DNA from: an uncultured Acidobacteriaceae bacterium | GTDB taxonomy: Bacteria; Acidobacteriota; Terriglobia; Terriglobales; Acidobacteriaceae | NCBI GenBank assembly: GCA_964641665.1 | Contig: CAZXKO010000038.1 | Location: 118,271-182,270 of the forward strand | DNA length: 64,000 bases | Direction of reading: 5' to 3' | Shown here: positions 30,056 through 36,245 of the stretch, one piece after another | Layout of the letters: each line of letters opens with the position of its first letter | How positions within the stretch are numbered: the stretch's first letter is position 1 | The notes under the pieces: generated by a model | What the model was told of the DNA's origin: nothing | What the model saw: only the letters and a program-made list of their open reading frames with translations | Database searches by the model: none | Made by a program: the position numbers and the translations under genes

Positions 30056-31195
30056 TCACGACGACTCCAGGGTCAGGTCTGCCCAGATGGTGGAGGGGGC
30101 CGGTGTCCTTGCGGGCGGTGCCTCCGCCGCGGACTGTCGCCAAGCGGCGTCCAGCACGGCTTGGACGGCGGGCATGTTGTCCAGGGTGGCGGCTTCGATG
30201 GTGAGGGAAATGTTCATCAAATCGGCGAATTCTCGAATCTTGCGATCGTAAGGCATGAGGATGACGGGACGGCCGCAAGATAAGGCCAGGACCGCCGCGT
30301 GCAGCCGCATGGCGACGACAAAGCGCGCAGCGCGTATCCAGCGACAGACTTCGTTCAAGTCGGCGGTCCAGGGGCGCAACTGTACTTGATCGGTGTGGCT
30401 CATGACCTGCGCAACGCGTTCGTGCAATTGAGCATCCCCATGCCCACTAGCCGGATTGGCTTGAAACGGGATGAAGATTACCTTGACCTGGTGGCGCTCG
30501 ATCAAGTCGTCCAAGCTGGCAGCCAGCGTCTGGATTCGAGTTCCGGTCATCTCATAAAGCCGGAAAACGTGCGGATCGTTCCGGAGACAGACCACCACGC
30601 AAGGTCGAGTCGCGGGCATTTCTGACAATAGGACTGAACGCTTGGCCAACAGGTCGGGCAAGCAGAGAACGATATCGGGGGCAAGTATAGTCTTCGCGCT
30701 GGCGTCGAGCTGGTGGCAGATTTTCTCGGATCGGTGGTCGCGCACAATGATGCGGCGGCTCCGGCGGAACACCCACCGTAAGAGGACGCGTCCGTAGCGG
30801 GTTGAAGGTTCCCCGACGCCTGCATTGACCAAGTAGACCTTTTTGCCGAGGAGAATAGCGACGATCATTTTCTCTATCGTGTAGAAGAACGTCCGCCACC
30901 CCAAATCATCACGAATGAGGTCGCCTCCGCCAACAATCAACGCGTCACTGTGGCGGATGGTGCGGAGCACGCGCAGGGCCCCGCCTTTGAACCACGCGGT
31001 GCGCCAGGCCCATTCTCCTAATAGAGGGCAATTCTCGACGGCGGGGAGTTGGTGGCTGCGCGTGACCTCAGCGGGCCGCTCCGACAAAACCGTCAGCTGG
31101 AAGTTCTGCCGCTCGAGCCAGGGTCGGAGACAGAACAGCATCATTTCGTCGCCCAGGTTTCCCATTCCGTAGTAGCCCATTAGCAGTGCTTTCAT
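30056..31195 (-). CDS. polysaccharide pyruvyl transferase family protein
   Basis: N-terminal GYYGMGNLGDEMM, as in CsaB/WcaK-type pyruvyl transferases; 379 aa. Confidence 0.8.
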   Translation of the reverse strand: MKALLMGYYGMGNLGDEMMLFCLRPWLERQNFQLTVLSERPAEVTRSHQLPAVENCPLLGEWAWRTAWFKGGALRVLRTIRHSDALIVGGGDLIRDDLGWRTFFYTIEKMIVAILLGKKVYLVNAGVGEPSTRYGRVLLRWVFRRSRRIIVRDHRSEKICHQLDASAKTILAPDIVLCLPDLLAKRSVLLSEMPATRPCVVVCLRNDPHVFRLYEMTGTRIQTLAASLDDLIERHQVKVIFIPFQANPASGHGDAQLHERVAQVMSHTDQVQLRPWTADLNEVCRWIRAARFVVAMRLHAAVLALSCGRPVILMPYDRKIREFADLMNISLTIEAATLDNMPAVQAVLDAAWRQSAAEAPPARTPAPSTIWADLTLESS

Positions 31196-31539
31196 TGAAG
31201 GCGCGTTGTTGTGAGATTCTCCCGGATCGAAGCAGTGACGCTGGTTTTGAAATCCGTGATTCGAGTGTAACCGACGTGCAAAGAACTGCTCGTGACCTGA
31301 TCCCCGCGATCTTGGTCATTCTGGCAGGGGGCCGATGTCGAGAAGCCGAAATCGTACGTCAGTCGGCCTTCTTCACGGGGGCAGCTGATTTCGTAACGAG
31401 GCGCACGAGCCTTGTTCGGGGAAATGACTACGGGACATCCGGACGGACGGAGCGGGGAAAGCGGCTCTCTTGCCGCGCCGGACGCGGGTTTTGGGCCAAG
31501 TTTTTTACTGGCCATACTCGTGTAATTGGTTCCACTCAT
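31192..31539 (-). CDS. hypothetical small protein, possibly translationally coupled to the pyruvyl transferase
   Basis: 115-aa ORF whose TGA overlaps the downstream ATG (ATGA at 31192-31195). No recognisable domain and no clear SD sequence. Confidence 0.3.
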   Translation of the reverse strand: MSGTNYTSMASKKLGPKPASGAAREPLSPLRPSGCPVVISPNKARAPRYEISCPREEGRLTYDFGFSTSAPCQNDQDRGDQVTSSSLHVGYTRITDFKTSVTASIRENLTTTRLQ

Positions 31540-31930
31540 TGGGACCGGACTGGCACTTTTGTCCTAATGTGTTTACCCTAGTCATTTCTAAGGACCTGAG
31601 GTCGCCCTGGTGTTCACGTCCCAGCGCAAGAAGCCAAGGTTGCGGGGGCCTAGCCCCCCGAATTGCAGCTGAGTTGAACCGTCCATTCGAAGGCGCCTCC
31701 TGCCCAAGCCCGTGCTGCGACCTCCGGCTGCCCGATAACTGATTTATTAACAATGCTTTACAAATCTCGTCGTGCCCGATTCAGGGCCCTAACACCTCAC
31801 CTGAATCTGGAGTTCATCTTGGTAACAGCCGAGGGCTTCGCGCTCAAGTTAACCGATCCCCTGTGGAAAACCAGGCCGAAGGCCCGTAGCAAAAAAATGC
31901 AGAAAGTTGGAACTGTGAGTGCTATGAGAT

Positions 31931-31954
31931 TTGGTAAGAACGTTGGTAAGAACG
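31931..31954. promoter_or_regulatory. perfect 12-bp tandem direct repeat (TTGGTAAGAACG x2) in a divergent promoter region
   Basis: Read directly: ttggtaagaacgttggtaagaacg. It lies about 120 nt upstream of LuxR A1. The regulatory role is inferred only. Confidence 0.45.
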
Positions 31955-32072
31955 CTCGTTTCAATCAATTGCAGTGGACGGACTGGCGGGGTAGCGGTGG
32001 GGCTTACGCGCTGAGCGCACCGCCGGCCAGAATCGCTCACTTTACAAAAAACATTCAGTTAGGGGGTATTGA

Positions 32073-32588
32073 ATGAGCGAAAGACCTGTCCGTCTGGGGC
32101 AGCGCGAACAACAGATCGTCGAACTGCTCTTGCAAGGTTGCGACAACGACGAAATCGCTCGACAACTCAATATGGCTCGTCGAACGGTGAAGGCCCATTT
32201 CAACCGTTTGTTCCTGCGATTCGGAATCACCAGCGGCATCAAGCGAGTAAAACTCGCGACACTCTTGTACCGGAGGCAGTTATGTTTGGAGGCGAACGCT
32301 ACGGAAAACGGATACCCAGTGAACGAGAGAGTAGAGTTATTGAACTTGTTGCCCAGGGACTCAAGAACAAAGAAGTCGCCGACGAAATCGGAACCACTGA
32401 ACACGTCGTCAAGAACTATCTCCGAGTCATCTACGACAAACTCGGACTCTGGAATCGGGTCGAACTCGCCCTCTGGTACGAAGCCCGCAGATTTGAGCAA
32501 ATCGCCAGAGCTTGAACCACTGGAGGCTTGGGAACACAGCGTCCTGGGCCTAAGCCCGGCTTCTCCTTCGGGGACACCACACCGGTAG
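32073..32588 (+). CDS. LuxR/GerE-type HTH mini-protein A1 (the ORF continues about 100 aa past the domain, out of frame through B1)
   Basis: GGGGG-type RBS upstream. The first ~70 aa, REQQIVELLLQGCDNDEIARQLNMARRTVKAHFNRLFLRFGITSGIKRVKLATLLY, form a GerE HTH. There is no stop until TAG 32586-32588. Confidence 0.7.
   Translation: MSERPVRLGQREQQIVELLLQGCDNDEIARQLNMARRTVKAHFNRLFLRFGITSGIKRVKLATLLYRRQLCLEANATENGYPVNERVELLNLLPRDSRTKKSPTKSEPLNTSSRTISESSTTNSDSGIGSNSPSGTKPADLSKSPELEPLEAWEHSVLGLSPASPSGTPHR
32282..32515 (+). CDS. LuxR/GerE-type HTH mini-protein B1
   Basis: GGAGG lies 5 nt upstream of the ATG. 77 aa: ERESRVIELVAQGLKNKEVADEIGTTEHVVKNYLRVIYDKLGLWNRVELALW. Confidence 0.8.
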   Translation: MFGGERYGKRIPSERESRVIELVAQGLKNKEVADEIGTTEHVVKNYLRVIYDKLGLWNRVELALWYEARRFEQIARA

Positions 32589-32616
32589 GTAAAACAAATC
32601 AGATCAGCGTTTTGAC

Positions 32617-32653
32617 GGCTGCCCGGTAGTCTTACGGGCAGCCTGATGTTTTA
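32617..32653 (+). terminator. rho-independent terminator candidate after LuxR pair 1
   Basis: 9-bp stem ggctgcccg / cgggcagcc, 9-nt loop, followed by tgatgtttt. The right arm overlaps the last codons of the convergent gene. Confidence 0.55.
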
Positions 32654-33795
32654 AGCTCCCGGAGCCGCGTGACCGCTTCCGGGATCTGCTTGCGCGCGGC
32701 CGCCATCAACAATATCCGGGCCTGATCGCAATTCTTGGGCACGCCGTCCCCCGCCAGATACAACTCCGACAGCAAGAGCACGGCGGTGGTGTTTTCCTTC
32801 CGCACCGCTGCCCACAAAAAAGTGGCCGCTGCCGCACTGTCACGTGGCCGTTTCTTGCCCGTCAGGTAATCCTGCGCGGTTGCCAGTTCAACCGACCCGC
32901 TCGCTGTCGCGGGAATCGCGGGCGAGGGCAGAGGCGTTTCTGGTTTGCGAGGAACCGCCGTTACAACCACGCTGTTTGGGCGTGATGCGGTGACCCCTGG
33001 ACGAGGTGATGTGGCCGCGGGCGGATCTGTTGCCACGACCACTGAACTCGGCATCGGCTGAGAGGGAACTGGCGCCGGCGCGGGATCTGGTGCCGACACC
33101 CGAGCAGGCTTTTCTGCGACGACGCTGGCGGCCGGAACAGTTTGAGGCGTCGGCTGGCTCGCGTTCGAACGTCGCGAATTGGCGTAATAGAGAAGCGCCA
33201 GGAACACCACGCCCACCAATGCGACTCCGTACTTGGCCGGGTTCCACCGACGCGAGGCTGCCTTGAGAGCGAGATTCCTGTCGCGCAACCACTGGATTTC
33301 AGTAGTGCCGTTGCCGTTGGACGGCCGCGACGGCGTTTCCTCAAGTACCTCCGCGAACAGCGAAAGCGTGGGGAAAACGGGCTCGGGAACATTCTCGGCC
33401 GGACCGGCCTCTGTGGTGAACGGAGGCACTTCGGCATAGGCGGTGCCGCTTTGTTGCTCAGACAGCAGAGGCGATCCGCACATCCCGCAAAAGCGTTGGC
33501 CCGGGCTACTTGGATGTCCGCACTCCGTGCAGTCGCCGGGCTCGACTGCGACTGGCCTCTTCGGAACCTCGTAAATCGCCGCGGATGCCGGCGAAGGCGG
33601 GAGGGGTCCAGCCTCTGCCTCGAGTTCGCGCAGTAATTCGACGACAGCCTGCTCGCGCTTTTCCGGGGGAGTGGTGAAATAGACCTGTGCCCAGCGGCCC
33701 AGATTGCGGCCCAAGGTGGGGTTCTGCATGGGGTTCAACTCAGGATTGGGCAGGTCGGTGAGGCGATCGGGACTCTTTTCCTGAGGCTGCGCCAA
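32632..33795 (-). CDS. zinc-ribbon, single-pass membrane protein with C-terminal Sel1-like repeat
   Basis: CTECGHPSSPGQRFCGMCG; TM segment YGVALVGVVFLALLYY; Pro-rich linker; C-terminal LSELYLAGDGVPKNCDQARILLMAAA (Sel1/TPR-like). Confidence 0.75.
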   Translation of the reverse strand: MAQPQEKSPDRLTDLPNPELNPMQNPTLGRNLGRWAQVYFTTPPEKREQAVVELLRELEAEAGPLPPSPASAAIYEVPKRPVAVEPGDCTECGHPSSPGQRFCGMCGSPLLSEQQSGTAYAEVPPFTTEAGPAENVPEPVFPTLSLFAEVLEETPSRPSNGNGTTEIQWLRDRNLALKAASRRWNPAKYGVALVGVVFLALLYYANSRRSNASQPTPQTVPAASVVAEKPARVSAPDPAPAPVPSQPMPSSVVVATDPPAATSPRPGVTASRPNSVVVTAVPRKPETPLPSPAIPATASGSVELATAQDYLTGKKRPRDSAAAATFLWAAVRKENTTAVLLLSELYLAGDGVPKNCDQARILLMAAARKQIPEAVTRLRELKTSGCP

Positions 33796-33907
33796 TGATA
33801 GTTTCTCCGAAGCGGGGCTTCAATTATTGCACTCCCAAGGCCGCTGGTTGTCAATCGGGAGAAAGGTGGAAAACCAGCTCCTCCCGAGGGTTTTCGCTTC
33901 GCAGGTC

Positions 33908-35599
33908 TCAGTCGCAAACCTTGTGCTGCGCGGGTTCGAACTGATCCAACTGCGCATCATGCTGGCTGGCGATTCTCCCGTGCGGGGTTTTTCCGTACTG
34001 TTCGGAACCCGGGCAGTAGTACTGGGCAGTATGTACATCCACCCACACGGGAATGTTTGGATTTCCAGTGTAGGCCGGAGCTGGGGGTGGCTCGGCCAGA
34101 CCGATACTTACCATGAACTGCTCAAACATGCTCAGTTGCGGCGCGGGTGGTGGAGCCGGCTTGCGCTTTGATTTCGCGGGAGCGTTCGCGGCGGCAGCGG
34201 GGTTGGTGGCCGCCTGGGGACTTCCCGTGTTCGCTGAAGTGGTGGGGCGGTTGGATGAGACGGCCCAGATGATCGTGATCACGAACAGGATTCCGGCCGC
34301 GATCAGCGCCACATCGCCCGGGTGCTTGCGCAGAAGACCGCGTTGTTTCTCGAGGAATCCCTTGAGCTGCACGGCGGGCGGCGACACCGCGATCGAACGA
34401 AACCAGACCCGCGGCTCAGGGTTTTTCTCTGCGACCGGAATCGGTTCCGGTGGTTCTTCCACGGGATCGACGTCAAGCTCCTCCCGAGGCATAGGGGCGG
34501 CGAAATTCGTGTCCGGCTCGGGAAGTGCCGCCCGCTCGAAGGGCGCGGGCGGAGGATTCATGGCAGCCGGCTTCTCGGGAAGAATGAAGCTATCTGACTC
34601 CGCACTTGGCGGCGCAGGAGAGTCGACAGCCTTGATCACGGACTCAGCCAGGTCCTGCTCATCTTCGGACGCGCTCAACTGACTGCCGATCTTCTTGAGG
34701 TTCCAGAGTGTCGCCCACTTACTCTGGAGATCGCTCCTGAGAGTGGCGCTGCGCGAGGTGCCGCAATCTCCACAAAAGACTTCTCCGGCCGCCAGTTCGT
34801 GTCCGCAGTGCTGGCAATACGAGGCCTCCAGCGGAGTTTCAGCCGTGCTGTCGGGCGAAGCCCCCGCACTCGGTTCCTGCGCCAGACGCGCCAGTTGCGG
34901 CTTGATTTGCTCGAGCACCTGCAGCATGGAGGCCCGCTCTGCGGCGACTCCTTTGCGCCACTCTTCTTCCGCCGCATGCGTGAGAGCTTCCGTAACCAAT
35001 CCGGCCATGAGCTGGCAGGTGCGTACGTCGTTCTCATGGAAGGCGTTGGGCTTGGCAAAGACCAACTCGAGCGTGCCCGACGTCTTGCCATCGTGGAACA
35101 CAGGCACGGCGATCAGGGAACCGATCCCGAGTCTTCGAGTGATCTCGGGATTGACGAGGAAGTCGGTGTCCGCGTCGGTGCAGCGCAGGATGGCGTTGTG
35201 CACCAGCGTGGCCGCCGAAAGAGTAGCCTCGGCCCTAAGGGTGGCGCCGGCCTGCGGAGAAAGGGAACCGCTTGCGGCGCGATAGACGATCTTGTCCTGG
35301 TCGAGAATCCCGATCGCGGCGCCCTGTGCACCGGTGATCTTGCGAAGGCGCTCGACCACCAGATTCATGGCGCCTGCCAGGTCGAGGTGACTGCTGTGAA
35401 TCTGATGCTGAGTTTCGACGATCTCGGCGAGCGTGTTGGCGGAGTCGGAGTCGGTGCCCGGTTGGGATCCTGGGGCGGAGGACGGCTCACCGTCGTGGCG
35501 ATCCTGATGCTTCTGGACGACGTAGGCCGCGGCCAGCAACTTCTGGAAAGTTACCTCGTCCAGGACGGGCGCGCCCTCTTTGTCGGGAGATGAGCTCAT
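33908..35599 (-). CDS. GAF-domain, zinc-ribbon, single-pass membrane protein
   Basis: N-terminal GAF-like region (..GAAIGILDQDKIVYRAASG..LIAVPVFHDGKTSGTLELVF..); CQHCGHELAAGEVFCGDCG; TM segment VALIAAGILFVITIIWAV; short Cys-containing extracytoplasmic tail. Confidence 0.8.
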   Translation of the reverse strand: MSSSPDKEGAPVLDEVTFQKLLAAAYVVQKHQDRHDGEPSSAPGSQPGTDSDSANTLAEIVETQHQIHSSHLDLAGAMNLVVERLRKITGAQGAAIGILDQDKIVYRAASGSLSPQAGATLRAEATLSAATLVHNAILRCTDADTDFLVNPEITRRLGIGSLIAVPVFHDGKTSGTLELVFAKPNAFHENDVRTCQLMAGLVTEALTHAAEEEWRKGVAAERASMLQVLEQIKPQLARLAQEPSAGASPDSTAETPLEASYCQHCGHELAAGEVFCGDCGTSRSATLRSDLQSKWATLWNLKKIGSQLSASEDEQDLAESVIKAVDSPAPPSAESDSFILPEKPAAMNPPPAPFERAALPEPDTNFAAPMPREELDVDPVEEPPEPIPVAEKNPEPRVWFRSIAVSPPAVQLKGFLEKQRGLLRKHPGDVALIAAGILFVITIIWAVSSNRPTTSANTGSPQAATNPAAAANAPAKSKRKPAPPPAPQLSMFEQFMVSIGLAEPPPAPAYTGNPNIPVWVDVHTAQYYCPGSEQYGKTPHGRIASQHDAQLDQFEPAQHKVCD

Positions 35600-36056
35600 T
35601 GCGCTTACACCGAACCCCTTCCCGGGGATGAAGGGGCGATTCCCGCTTATTGTAGTGCAATTGCTACGCCAAAGCAGTCAACCGTCGTGAGCCTCCGCTC
35701 CTCAGGAGACCCTTCGGTGGTCGAAGCCGGGCGATTCGACTGCGTCCCTGGGAGGGCTGAGAGCCGGCGACCTAATCTGAATTGATTAGCTCAGGGATAA
35801 CAAAGCGCGCTAGAACGCTCCAGGACGCGTCGCGCGCGATCGGACGACCCCAAAAACCCCTCGACCCGACCCCCAAACGTTTCTCTTCGGGCTCCTGTAC
35901 GCAATTGACAGGCACTCTACGCGACATCGTGACCCCCACTCGCGGCCTGAAAAGCCGTTTTACGAGTTTTCAACGACTTAGCTTGTAGTGAACAAAATCT
36001 TGGTACTCGACGGCACGGCTTTGGAAACGGCAGTGCTGTCCCGGAGGGTGAGAACA

Positions 36057-36170
36057 GCGCTTAACCGCAGAGGTCGCAGAGAACACCCGCGGAGGTCGCA
36101 AAGAGAACCTGCCACTTCTAGGTTCCCTCCGCGATCTTTGCGCCGCTTGGCGAACTCTGCGGTTAAGAGC
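36057..36170. repeat. MITE/REP-like element bounded by 16-bp inverted repeats
   Basis: gcgcttaaccgcagag (36057-36072) against ctctgcggttaagagc (36155-36170), 15/16 complementary. Contains an internal direct repeat aggtcgcagagaac / aggtcgcaaagagaac. Confidence 0.6.
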
Positions 36171-36245
36171 TTTTTCCTGCCTCCAGGGTGACGCGTCTGG
36201 GTAGCCTGCATTCTGCGCGTCAGCCAGTTGGATGGAGCGTGGTTC

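Noticed and set aside
31551-31566. Sigma54-like TGGCAC element (tggcacttttgtccta) near the start of the EPS tailoring operon.
   Set aside because: The -12 element (TTGC at the correct spacing) is missing. The orientation would also drive plus-strand transcription, away from the adjacent operon.
32069-32281. N-terminal extensions of the LuxR ORFs in the six-frame track (32069-32281 for B1, 42273-42821 for B2, 42400-42600 for A2).
   Set aside because: The upstream parts either overlap the A genes out of frame or are Arg-rich low complexity. Internal ATGs with good RBSs give products matching the GerE domain length.
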